Of a DNA stretch of 64,000 nt, positions 50,749-63,105 are shown one piece after another. Both the position numbers and the translations under genes were made by a program. This DNA comes from Podarcis cretensis (lineage: Eukaryota). The DNA is taken from the NCBI GenBank assembly GCA_951804945.1, contig OX638154.1:44764001-44828000 (forward strand). Reading direction: 5' to 3'. The notes below the pieces were generated by a model. It did no database searches and was not told the DNA's origin. It worked only from the letters and a program-made list of their open reading frames with translations. The stretch's first letter is position 1; each line of letters starts with the position of its first letter.

Positions 50749-51502
50749 GGGGGGGTTGTGAACGTAGGTGGAAGGGGGCAGAGAAATCTAAAATGTGCAG
50801 CCTGGTTTTTTGTGCTTTTTTGTTTTTTTTGGTTTTTTTGTGCAACTCAGGATAACATTAGACAGTAGTGAAGTAAACCTGCTAGTGCTGAAGGAGGCTC
50901 AGAACTTCACTGTATTCTTTGCTGCAACAAACTCATGCAGCTACTCCTGTAAAAGTTATCACTCTTAATATTGTAGGCATGGTTGGGTTTAGGAGCCATG
51001 CAAACAGCACAGCAGAAGAGGTAAAGTGCACAAAAACAGTTATGAGTTGGGGGAGGAGAATGGAACAGAGTATCCCATGAGGGATCATGTCTGGCTTGCA
51101 ACATTTTGTTGCAGGTCTTGCCTGCTAATGGCTATTAGCCAATATAGCTAAATGGAATGCCCAGGTTCAAAGGGTGTATATGATGAAGTACTGTATCTGT
51201 TGCAAGAGGTGCTGTGAGGAGGCAAATGTCAGGAGAGGGCTACTGCTTTCATAGCATAGTTTTCCCCAAATCATCTTCTTTGCCACTGTGGGATACAAAT
51301 GTACTGTGTTCACTTGCGTTTTTATATTTTTTTATTTACTGAGAGCCTGAAGCAAAAATTTTAGGAGACAATAATGATGCAATTAATCTCTTCTGTAGTG
51401 TCTAGACTAATTTGGTTCATGAGTGATAATTTCATTGTTGGTGCCCTTTCTACACATTTTGAGGGAACTTCTATAGACACTGCTGAGCTAGATTTACCAA
51501 TA

Positions 51503-51728
51503 CAGTGGTACCTCTGGTTATGTACCTAATTCGTTCCAGAGGTCCGTTCTTAACCTGAAACCATTCTTAACCTGAGGTACCACTTTAGCTAATGGGGCCT
51601 CCTGCTGCCGCTGTGCCACCACCACACGATTTCTGTTCTCATCCTGAGGTAAAGTTCTTAACCCGAGGTACTACTTCTGGGTTAGTGGAGTTTGTAACCT
51701 GAAGAGTTTGTAACCCGAGGTATCACTG
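51503..51728. mobile_element. Tigger-like MITE
   Basis: TA|CAGTGGTACCTC ... GAGGTATCACTG|TA; same family as 27947-28178 in the opposite orientation. Confidence 0.85.
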
Positions 51729-51758
51729 TAGTCTAAGGCAGCATAAGGAATCGTTCTA

Positions 51759-53603
51759 GGGACTTCCGGGTTAGCGCGATCCGATTAATGGCGGATTCCC
51801 TCCGAGCTCCGGAGGGAATCGGCTCCGTTGCAGACGGGTCTCACCGCGACGGCGACGCGGGGACCCTCAGAAACCGCAGGCGCGGAAGCCTGCGGACCTG
51901 GTGACTCGGCGGGCACCTAAAGCGCCCCTCCGACCCACGAAGAGCCTTTTTAAAGGCTGCGGAGAGGGTACGGGGAGCGGCGTGGTGCTGTGAGTAGACC
52001 GCTACTGCAGTGGAGCGAAGCCGCGAGCCATGGCCGGAGACCGCTGACTTTCTTCCCTGAAATTCGGACTTTAATTAATCCGTGAGTAGATTGGAATTTG
52101 GACTTTAAAATTTTTATCCTTGAATTCGGCATGATCGGGGGATGTGCTAAAGGGAAGTCCGCACCCCCCTGCTTACAGAAAATTTAAAGCAAGGATCGGA
52201 GAACTAAGGTGGAGAGTTCTTTCTTTGGTGTTTTGTAAAAGATAATATTTGCACGAATTTGACAGAAGAAGATTTGTGCTGGAGAGTAAGAGTGGAATTT
52301 TAGAAGCTTTTGTTTAAACCTCCCCAGACCCGGGAGTGTCCCCTATGTGAGCTGGAGAAAAAGGAACGAGGAGTTTGACAGCTGTCAAAGGAGCTGTCAA
52401 ACGGGCAGCGAAAGTTAAAAACTTTATTATTTAACACCTTTCTGGACTTAATTTGCTACAATTTGAACTAAAGTGGTTGGAAACAAAGTAGGGAAATAAC
52501 AAGGTAAAGGACTATTGGGAAAAGACTATTAAGTAACCAGAATCCCCCTAGGGGAAACATTGAAACATTACAATGGCTGCAGATGGAAAATTACAGGCAG
52601 AGTTAGAAAGAATGTTTTTTCTTGTGGGAAAGCTGCAGGAGCAGACTACGGCTATGAGTAAACAACTTATAACCTTGAACTCTAAAATAAGTGACTCTGC
52701 TGAAGGCACAATGGACTTGACTGGGAAAAAATCTGCAGCTGAATCAGAAGAGATAACTTTGGAACAGGGGGAGAGTGAACAAGGGCCAGTACAGATGGAG
52801 AGTACCAACCACAAGCTTACATTGTTAGAATACAAAGAAGAAGACCCTTGGATTACAAATCTGCGAAAGACGCGAAAGAGGAGGGAGGAAGCCCCTGGAA
52901 CATTTGGAATATTTGAATTTAAAAGAAACAAGAAATATGACTGGGGCTTCATCTTCGAGTATGGATTGGCTGACCTTCTGCAGCAGCTGGTGTCAAGTAC
53001 TTTGGATGGAAGAAATTCTGATGAGACCGAGCTGGAACTTCCTCGAGACCCGAGGACCAATGAGGAGGGCTACCAACAAAACCGGCAAAGAGAGACTGAC
53101 AGGGACTTAAAGGCCTCAGATGTGAGGAATCCAGGCTAAAAACTGTCTTTGTGGACGTGGGGACATTGGGAAGGGACAGAAACCGGGGCTGGGGGGGGGA
53201 GGGAAAGGGAAATTTTTTTTAAAAAAAATGCTTATGACTTTTGTGTTTGATTGTTATGATCTATTTTTAAGATAAAAGGGAAATTCGTGGAAGGAACTCG
53301 AGTCGACCTTAGAAAAGGTTTTAATATTTATAAGAAAATTGGATAAGTAACATCTGGCCAAGTAAAAGGTTTTTTAAAAATATATATATACAATAATAAT
53401 ATGTAAAGGATGAGAGATATGAATTTGCTGAGTTAATTTAATTGAATTAGGATGTATGAAGGGGGGGTGGGGGGAGGTCAAGAACGGGGGTTAGGAAAGT
53501 AAGGTTATGAAACTTCATATGTGTTGTTTTTGTCTATGTGTGTGTATGTTTGTCTTTACAAAATGTGAAAATTTAATAAAAATTCTTATTAAAAAAGAAA
53601 AAA
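51759..53603 (+). mobile_element. Non-autonomous L1-related retroelement (HAL1-like), 1.85 kb, single 188-aa ORF
   Basis: 16-bp TSD ATAAGGAATC(G/C)TTCTA (51743-51758, 53604-53619); CpG-rich 5' end; ORF 52573-53139 with a heptad-like N-terminus; AATAAA at 53575 plus an A tail; 3' UTR similar to the L1 at 39840; no RT/EN coding sequence. Confidence 0.75.
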
Positions 53604-54371
53604 ATAAGGAATCCTTCTATGTTCGGGAACACAGAAATGTAGGTTCCCAAATGCAGGAAGAAGAGCAAGGTTACTGAATGTGTGGAAGAAAGCCTTCCAC
53701 ATGTATAGCTGTCTGAGCAGGGGTCTTTTCAGCACTGCAGTGAATGTTTGTATATCATCCTGCCACTACACTGCTGCCTACCTCTCATGACTATTAAAAT
53801 GTCTGACTGGGGTTGAGCACCTTTATAGGGTGATCCAAGCCAAAGGTGGACATGGTTCCTGTACTTTTAATAGTTGCACAGAACAGAGAATTTGGGTATG
53901 TGCGGCTTTTAACATTGGGATTAAATAGTAGCTGCACTTCCAGAAGTTTTCTTTTCTTCACATCTTTATGCATGAAAACATCAGTTTAAAGAACTGAGCA
54001 GAAGGACTCACAGGTGACAGCAGAAAGGGAAGAATCATAACTTGGTGGAGAGAAAATGCTTTGTATGCAAAAGGTCCCAGTCTCAAAACTGGCATCTGTA
54101 GTAGGGCTGGGAAAGATTCCTGCCTGAAACCCATAATAGCTGCTTCCAGTCAGTGTCAGTGATACCAAGCTGGATGGATCAGTAGCCTGACCTGAAATTT
54201 CCTGTGTCTCTTTTAGTGCTATTCCCTGACATGTGTATTGGTGCAACAGTTAAAATGCTGCTGCACCAGAGCCACCTCAGCTCCCAGCTTCCAGCGTGCC
54301 AGGCAAAAGACTCACTCATATAATTTTGACATAAGTGGCAGTGGCTACTTATATATAAATGTAAGCGGCAA

Positions 54372-54698
54372 GAGTTTTCTTGGCAGGAATACTGGAGTGG
54401 CTTGCCAGTTCCTGCTCCAGGTGGATCACATTTGGTCAAAACTCTCCACTATGACCTGTCCATCTTGGGTGGCCCTGCACGGCATAGCTCATAGCTTCTC
54501 CGAGTTATTCAAGCCCCTTCGCCACGGCAAGGCAGTGATCCATGAAGGGATGGACGAGATGGTTGGACAGTGTTCTCGAAGCTACAAACATGAGTCTGAC
54601 CAAACTGCAGGAGAAAGTGGAAGACATAAGTGCCTGGCGTGCTCTGGTCCATGGGGTCATGAAGAGTCAGACACGACTAAACGACTAAACAACAACAA
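54372..54698 (+). mobile_element. RTE-BovB derived element (internally deleted, with 3' end)
   Basis: AATACTGGAGTGG..TGCC and GTCCATGGGGTCA.GAAGAGTC.GACACGACT...(CAA)n are characteristic BovB terminal sequences. Confidence 0.8.
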
Positions 54699-56700
54699 GC
54701 GCCAAGAATAGTCAGTCTCTCCCATAGTCCCTTAGGCTTGTACAGTTGGACGTCTCTAAACCACTTGCCAATAAGAGGATGCATGTTCAGGAGCAATGAC
54801 GCAAGCAACTGTTTGAATTCTTGAGCTGATCATCCAAACTTATTCAACAAAAACAACAACGTTGTGGTGTCCATCCATCCATTTACCTCTTTTGCTGCAT
54901 TGTCTCCAATATCCATTGCTCCTAAGCTGTCAGACTGCATGGGTGGCTCTCAAACCATTTGTGAGTTTCTGCAGTGGGTGTGTATAATATTTAAAACATT
55001 AGTATATAAATAGCCTCCACCTCTTGGCTAGGTCTCCCAAACACTGGGAATGTTGTAGTGTTGTTTAATTTTTCAGCATTAATTTTTCTACTTGGTCCCC
55101 CCTCCCCTTCAGCTTCACTTTCTCTTCAAAGGTGATGATGTTTTGATCAAAACTCCACTGAGCATCAACTCGTGTGTTTTACAGACTGTGCAACAGGAAA
55201 CCCACCTCCTACAACCCCTCTGCTCTCCCCACTTCCTGTTCAAGTACAATGCATGTGGCAGAGAAAAGGCGTCACCGAAATGCAGAAATGTAAACAACTG
55301 TCATAACTCAGAAAAATTAAAGGTCTTATACTGTGTTGATTTAAAGCGCAACACCTATTCCAGTCAACACTGATTTCCTGGTAGTGATGGAAGCCAAGAG
55401 GATGACCATGAAAATATAAACTTAGGAAATGCTGGATTACTTTTTAAATATATGTACATCTGTATCAAAAGAGTTCTTGGTTGCCAGCTATGAGGTAGGA
55501 AGTGATTCCATTTCTTTAAATGTAAAAAGCAACAAAATAGTAATTCATGTCCTAAGGGCTTGCTAACGTGTTGCCTTCCAGATGCTATAAACAAGTTGGG
55601 GTGGTTAAAATAAGATGTTTTATGCTGAAATCCAAAGGGATATATACAGTAATGTGGGTAATACTCAGGACCTGAAAGAGCAAATACAGATCTGACTACT
55701 GGTTGGTCTGAGATGATATGTTTTATTTTTTAAATCAACTGGCTTTTAAACATACAGCAAAATGTGACTTTTAGAATAGGCATTTCTCATGCATTTATTG
55801 GCTTTACTGTTTGTGGTGTTTTGCTTTTCCTTCCACTGGTGTTGCTTTTTTGGCTTTCGTTATTCTATTATTCCTCCAATATTGGTGCTGTTTTATATTT
55901 TGCATCTTGGGTTCCTGGAGCCACATCCTGAGTTCAAAGTGTGTGATTGCATGGGTGCATCTGTGTCAGTCACAGTGTTTACCTGCAAACTTCATAAGCA
56001 ACCATTTTGAAAAGTATGATGTCCCCACCCACATATATTTTGCATGCCAACTTAGACTGTGATTTATATTTACAGGCACCATCTCAAAGACACGGTGCAT
56101 ATATGTTTAAAGGGTTCTGCAATCAGTTCCTGAATGTTGCTGATATCAAACCTGGCCAGTTGGTTGGTGCCACACCAGATCAAACATAATTATGTACACA
56201 TCTAACATTGTTTTTAAAGAGGGGTTACAGTTGCATTGCTTAGAGATGGATTTTGCTAAAGATTTGTGAGAAATGTTGCAATGAGGGGCAACAGTTCCAT
56301 CTCTCGTCTGATGTTGTCAAACGAATTTAAAAATAATAATCTGAATAACACTGTACCTCTCTTGCCCCAGGGAGATAGGTGTAATTTTCCTTTTTAATAT
56401 TTGGACAGGGGTCTGGGAGAATCTTGAATCTCTAGTTCATCTGCCTATTTGCATCTTTATTTCTCCTTCCTGTTGGAATCAATTGCCTTCTCAAATAAAT
56501 TATGGTGCTGCACTCTTTTTCTTTTAGAAGCTTCTAAAAATTTACCCCTTAATTTTGGCCAGGCCCTCCTGTCAGTGGCCTCTGCATTCAGTAATTGGCA
56601 ACAACGTCCTTGTATGTTATCGTATAAAACCTGTTTGAACTATTCCTTCTGCCTCCTGTCATAGTTTTGAATTTTGATTGTTAGACTGTAAACCTTAGAT

Positions 56701-56818
56701 CAGGCATCCCCAACCTTCGGCCCTCCAGATGTTTTCCCATCATCACTGGTCCTGTTAGCTAGGGATCATGGGAGTTGTAGGCCAAAACATCTGGAGGGCT
56801 GCAGGTTGGGGATGCCTG
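56701..56818. mobile_element. hAT-like palindromic MITE
   Basis: TIRs CAGGCATCCCCAACCT / AGGTTGGGGATGCCTG; 8-bp TSD CCTTAGAT. Confidence 0.88.
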
Positions 56819-57000
56819 CCTTAGATGATGAATTATTTGTTTTCAGTAAAGCCAGTGTGGGGTAGTAGTTAGAGTGTTGGACCCTGGGCCGATTAGCATT
56901 CCATCTGGGGCAGGAAGTGAGGTTGAAATCCTATCTTCACTTGTTTGGGAGTATGTCCCATTCAGCTTAATAGAATTTATTTCTGGGTAGACACATATAA

Positions 57001-57320
57001 GGGACGCGAGTGGCACTGTGGGTTAAGCCACAGAGCCTAGGGCTTGCCGATCAGAAGAGCTCCTGTTGCTCGGTCCCTGCTCCTGCCAACCTAGCAGTTC
57101 GAAAGCACGTCAAAGTGCAAGTAGATAAATAGGTACCGCTCTGGCGGGAAGGTAAATGGCGTTTCCGTGCGCTGCTCTGGTTCGCCAGAAGCGGCTTAGT
57201 CATGTTGGCCATATGACCCAGAAGCTGTACGCCGGCTCCCTCGGCCAATAAAGCGAGATGAGCACCGCAACCACAGAGTCGATCACGACTGGACCTAATG
57301 GTCAGGGGTCCCTTTACCTT
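57001..57320 (+). mobile_element. Sauria SINE with an internal deletion removing the B box
   Basis: Head and tail match the 38541 copy; 12-bp TSD TAGACACATATA. Confidence 0.85.
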
Positions 57321-57682
57321 TAGACACATATAGGATTGCACTGTGTGACTCGTTCATTAGTAATGCCACAGCCAAGCTGAGTACTGATTAATGGAAGAAG
57401 CCACCTAGAGGAAGCTTCTAATTAAAGAACAGGACCCACAAAAAGTTTTGATAGCATGTTGCTTGTCTGTATTAGACAGCCTGGCACTGCCACTATTTTA
57501 AATGGGCTGGGGCTCTCTTGGATAGATCTCCTCAGAGCAGGCCTGAAAAAAGTTGGGAGGGCAACAGAAGAGAATGCTGGAATGCAGCAGGCTGGCAACA
57601 GTGTCATCTGGATAAAAGGGAGTGAACAAAAGATGGCAGTTCCAGAATAATGGCAAGTGTGGTAGCCACCCTGTTCACTTAT

Positions 57683-58045
57683 CTTCTTCTTCAGCAATCA
57701 CTAGTAGCCAAGTAAGATTGTCTTCCATAAACACAGTTTTAACAGTGAGTCCGTGAGTGACTGTGGAGGCCAATTCTGGATCCACACATCCTTCCACAGT
57801 GGGGACATTGGTTTCCAGGCAGGAGTTGATCACGGTGTGGAAGTTTCTCCCTTCCATCCTGAGTTTGAGTGTCTTCAAAGCCCATGTCACCTTTGGTAAA
57901 GGCTGTTCTCCAACTGGAGCGTTCGCAGGCCAGTGTTTCCCAACTGTCAGTGTGTATGCTACATTTTTTTTAGATTTGACTTGAGACAATCTTTAAACCT
58001 CTTTTGCTGACCACCAGTATTACGCTTTCCATTTTTAAGTTCGGA
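57683..58045 (-). mobile_element. RTE-clade LINE 3' fragment
   Basis: Shares GTAAGATTGTCTTCCATAAACAC.GTTTTAACA.TGAGTCCG and the (TTC) tail with 14033-14140. Confidence 0.8.
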
Positions 58046-58680
58046 TTACTTATGTGCTCTCTGGGTGCCCCAAGACAGGTGTTTATATTGGGATGGGTAC
58101 TGCTCATGCATATTATATTTTTGCAGCATCCATCAAAATGTCAGCCTGTATTTTTTCATTTAATCTGTATCTATCTTTTCTGTGGAAAATCCATTGAATT
58201 AAAAGGAATATTGTGCCAGTAACCCATTTGCAATATCCAGGTGCCCCTGTCCGGAAGCACTGTCTTTCCCACTCTTTGAATATTTCTTTGCCACAAGGGG
58301 GCAGACTTCGACCAGTTAACAGTTCATCTGTTCTTATTTCAACTCAGAAGGAAACTTACTGCCACTTGCAAGTAAAAATCTGATTTAATTTTATTATATT
58401 TCTATGCCACTTTTCATTGAAATGAATTCCAAAAAATCTTACAAACAATAAATAATAATAACATGATTGAACAGGTAGCCGTGTTGGTATCTAAAGAAGT
58501 GTGCATGCACACAAAAGCTCATACCAATAACAAAACTAAGTTGGTCTCTAAGGTGCTACTGGAAGGAATTTTTTATGATTTAACATAGTAGAACATCACA
58601 CATAGAGCATAAATCCTATAGAATAATTAACAAATCATTGCAACCATTAATCTGTACAATCTATAAAACACTGTAAACAA

Positions 58681-59300
58681 AGCATAGCTCAGTCGGTAGA
58701 GCATGAGACTCTTAATCTCAGTCCTGGGTTCGACCCCCATGTTGAGCAAACGATTCATGCACTGCATGGGGTTGGACTAGATCAGGGGTCTGCAACCTTT
58801 AAGACAAAAAGAGCCACTTGGACCCGTTTCCGAAGAAAAAAAAAACTGGGAGCCGCAAAACTCGTCATTATAAAAATAACTTTTTTGTCACTTTTTTATT
58901 ATTTCTTTGTTTGACCCCTCAGAATTACTCAGAATTAGAAATAAATGTTAAATTAACAAGTTACCTTTTTGTGTGTGTGTGTGTGTTCTTCACTCCCCTT
59001 CAAAACAGTGACCAGCGTACATGCCCCTTACAATGTAGCGGGCGGGCGGGCGGGCGGGAAGGTGACGTCGGGACGGTGCGTGACTAACGCACGCACCGCC
59101 CCCATGCGATGTCACAGCCAGTACAGCGCCCGCCACAGTGGGGAGTGTCGGGGCGCACAGTGCGCCTCCTGCCCTCGCTAGTATCCGCCCTGGAGCTGCA
59201 GCAAAGGTGTAAAAGAGCCACATGCAGCTCCAGAGCCGCGGGTTGCCGACCCCTGGACTAGATGATCCTTGTGGTTCCTTCCAACACTATGATTCTATGA
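58681..59300 (+). mobile_element. tRNA-Lys-derived SINE with CR1-like tail, interrupted by a hAT element
   Basis: TAGCTCAGTCGGTAGAGCATGAGACTCTTAATCTCAG head (58685-58721); the tail resumes at 59256 with GACTAGATGATCCTT...ATTCTATGA. Confidence 0.75.
58783..59255. mobile_element. Non-autonomous hAT-like element nested in the SINE
   Basis: TIRs CAGGGGTC(T/G)GCAACC / GGTTGCCGACCCCTG; 8-bp TSD GACTAGAT (58775-58782, 59256-59263); CpG-rich interior. Confidence 0.85.
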
Positions 59301-61483
59301 TCACAATTAAAGCAAAAGTTGCATTACATGATTAACAAATCAATGCATCATTTATAATGTATAAAACAACATTAACAAAATAGCAACCAAAAGATAAACG
59401 AAGCACTGTTAAGTTCATATACATACTCTCCTCACCCCCATGATTCCTAACCTTTCACTCTATTCATTAAAATACACATTCTCATATGATGCCAATGGCA
59501 GCAACTCCCTTTTGATGGTTTCCTGGGCTGAAGATAGGGCAGCACAGGTGAACCAACCACCCCCTGATGGCAAGCAGTCTCTCTCTCCCCTCACAGTTTT
59601 TGTTAGACTGTGAGCTGGCAACTTATCCAAGACTACCATGCAGTCAAGCTGCATGAGAGAGCTGGTATTTGAATCTGCACTTCCCATATCCAAGCCCAAC
59701 AATCCAGCAGCCTCTGCAACCTACACAATGGCTCTCCTTTGACTTGTGCGATTTTTAATAGCCACCTGGTGCTGATGTGTCACTTACCAGCAGAGCAAAG
59801 CAAATTTAGAGTAAATCTGCATCTGTTCTCTGAGCAGCAGAACAAAATAGGGGACCTGTACAGTTGGCACTGAAAGACCATGCAGGGGTGGGGAACCTGT
59901 GGGCAGATATTGCTGGACTCCTACCAGGCCCACGCAGAATGGTCAATGATTTGAGATGATGGGAGTTGTAATCCAAGCACATTTGTAGAGCCACAGATTA
60001 GTTGTCACCAGGCAACAGCATGAACATCCTACCTTTTTATGGTATTCAAACCACATAAAGCTTCCTAGGTTGACTAATTTCCTTTTTCTCAGTGACCAGA
60101 CAGCACCCCACATACTGCTGTTCACACCATTCTGCATTTCTGTCTTGGGGGCAGGGGGTGAGAGTAAAGATGATGTAACCTTTTCCCCAGCCATGCTCTC
60201 TAGTGAATATGCTAAAGTCTCAGCGTCTGGACACACCTGGTGTGCAGTTTTCTCAGGACAGATGCTTTTTTTCTCCTCGAACTGTTTTCCTTATTCCTTG
60301 ACTCAGCACTTCTGTGAACTTGGCTAGGACCCTTCAGCTTGTAGTCAGAGACAGACATTTGATCCTGCTCACCTAATGGCTTCTGAAATCTGAGACATTT
60401 TATGTGTTTCGCCACCAAACTCTCTAAGATGTGTTGGGAGTAAAAGTACACAGTCATATTCCTGGTAAATTAGAAAAACGCAGCTCAGTTTCTGAGTCAC
60501 AGCCCCATGTCTAATCAAACAAGCATGTGGACCCACAGCTTTGACAGAAAGCCCCAAGCCTGGACTGCCGAGAACCACTAGAGATTTTTAGTAATTGTAT
60601 CACGTCTGATGGGTGACTCAGAAGATTTGGTTGCCCTGTCTTTTCCCTCTCTCTTCTTCTGCCAAGAACTTTGGGACTTGGAGGTTATAATGAATGAAAT
60701 CATCTGGTTGGGAAGAGGTTCTGGTTCTTTTATCTTCTTTTATTTGATGAGGTGACAAAATAATGGCTGCAGGAATATGTGAACTAGTGTTGCAGAATAT
60801 ATTAGGAGGGCAAAAGAGCTGAATGGGTGACCTCCGTGTATCAAGGGGAAATAATATTGTTGATGGTTAAAGAGTGTACACTTGTGTGTAATCCACACTA
60901 ATGCAGACTGGACCTTGATGTCTAATTAAGGCTGATACAACAAAAACAGCTTTGGTGAATTTACTGAATCCGGGTATTCCAGAAGGGCAGGGGTGCAAAA
61001 CCATTGCACAACTCCAGATGTTGTTTAATCACAGCTCCCATCATCCCTGGCCATTAGCCATCTTGGTTGGGGCTGAAGGGAGATGGGGTCCAACAAGATC
61101 AGGAGAGCCACAGGTTCCTCATCCGTTCAAGAAAGTATGCAATCAACAACCATAGATGTGGTAAGTATTAAGGCTCTTTACATTATCAGATTAAAATGCA
61201 TCTAGATCGTGGGGTTTTGTTTTTTTTGTTTGTTTTTTCAATTTAGATCAAAGCTGGTTGGGGGAAATGCATCAAAAATAGTATTTAATTTTTTTAAAAA
61301 ACTAGGATGGATACAGGGTAGATGTGGATTATAGCTAACACCATGTACACCACTTCCCAAACCAGCAGTAGGAATGGACTGGACATGCAGTAACTGGGAG
61401 TATGTACAGAGCTGTAGATACTTGAGTCCATATCATCTGGTCCTCCTCAGACAATGCCTATGATCTGAAGTGTAAATATGATA

Positions 61484-61724
61484 CTGTGGTACCTCAGTTT
61501 ACGAATTTAATCCGTTCTAGAAGTCCATTCTTAAACCAAAGCCATTCTTAAACCGAGGTGTGCTTTCCCTAATGAGGCCTCCCACCGCCTGTGCCCTTCC
61601 ACCGTTCGGCTTCCGTTTGTAAACCGAGGTAAAGTTCGCTAACCGGAACACTACTTCTGGTTTTGCAGAGTTCATATACCGAATAGTTCATAAAGAGGGC
61701 TGTTCTTAAACCGAGGTACCACTG
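61484..61724. mobile_element. Tigger-like MITE
   Basis: TA|CTGTGGTACCTCAGTTTA ... TAAACCGAGGTACCACTG|TA. Confidence 0.8.
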
Positions 61725-63015
61725 TACTGGAAACCTCAGCGTCATTAAAATGCATAGCATCTTTAGCTGGCTGCTAAAAACACAGGAGTTGAGCACAGGA
61801 GATCTGATTTACTGGCAACTAAAAGACTCAAGCTTGGAAAGGGAAATTAGCAACCCAGATTAGATTAGAATAAAAGTCTAAGAAACCTTCATTGAAACTA
61901 TACATGGATACCTCAGACTAGAGAAGCCCCATGTCTCCACTGTGCTACCCTGTGGATCCCATCCTGTGCCCACAAGTAATGCTGTATTTGCAACTGATGA
62001 GCACTTACAAAGACAAGCGAATACAATCCTTCTGTATGGTGTATCCCATTATAGCAAACTGTGCATGCACAAACTCAAAGAATACATTAGGCATTGTTTT
62101 CTAAATGCAAAGAAGCAACTACATTTAAGCTAGAGTTCTGAAAGGCGGGAAGGATGGTAACCTCTGCATAATCATGGTTTAGGTGAGAGCCAGAGAGCCT
62201 AGCTGGCTACACTGCAATCCTCTGTTGTATGCATTTCTGAAAGCTTTGCAAAGAGAAAGGTGTTGCAAGGTTACACCAATGACAGCTTTGCTCCCTGCGA
62301 CCTGCATTGACATCTATCTCTTTTCCCCAAAAGGGGCCGCTTATCTTCGCACTTTACCACATTAGGGTTTCTCACAATAATCTTCAACAAAGCAACTACA
62401 AAGCCTTCAGGAAACCACAGGAAGGGTGGTGAATTGCAGGGTGTGTGTTCTGAGTTGTGTAGGGGGAGGGTGTTCTTCCCAGTTGGCACATCATTAGGTT
62501 CTTCTACTTATACACTAAAAGAGTGGAAATTTTGTGAAGTTTAATTCCTTCCACACTAGTTGTTTAGTCTGAAATGGGTGTCCTTTGTTCACTTGGTTTT
62601 TACAGATAACCCAGATGATGTCATTGTTGAAAACAAGTTAAATTTCAGTACAGTTGAGGGTTTAGGGGACTAGTACCCCTTTAATTAGTAGCTTCTACTT
62701 TGTCCCTTTATTATAAAGTGGTTAATTAGTTGTTTCCTGTTCACTCACCTGTGGTCACTCCATTCATAAATTGCCTTTAATTAGTTCAGTTCTTGAAGGT
62801 TATATGTGTTTAGAAGAGGGGGGGGTCTTTGCAGCCAAACCATTCCCCCCTTTTTTCAATTAGAGCAATTTTTGCAATGGCAATATAAAATATAACATAA
62901 GTTAATGAGTTAAGTATTTTGGTTCCAAATAGGAAACCTGTAATCAACCCCCCCCCCACTCCCACAGGGTACTTGGGGGACCCTTTAGATGTATGTCTCC
63001 TGAGGGAGACTGCTA

Positions 63016-63105
63016 GCCCAGTTTATAGCAGATCTGCTCATTGTTCATCTGCAATATTTAGTTAGATTGCAGATGAACAATGAGCAGATCTGCTATAAAC
63101 TGGGC
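63016..63105. repeat. Perfect inverted repeat, 40-bp arms, 10-nt loop
   Basis: GCCCAGTTTATAGCAGATCTGCTCATTGTTCATCTGCAAT-atttagttag-exact reverse complement. Confidence 0.95.

Noticed and set aside
58681-58750. tRNA-Lys(CTT) gene
   Set aside because: The variable loop and acceptor stem are degenerate and the sequence continues into a CR1-type tail; it is a SINE head (sister copy at 31972).
62670-62790. Cluster of TTAATTAG homeobox-like motifs
   Set aside because: Could be an enhancer, but cannot be distinguished from AT-rich background without conservation data.
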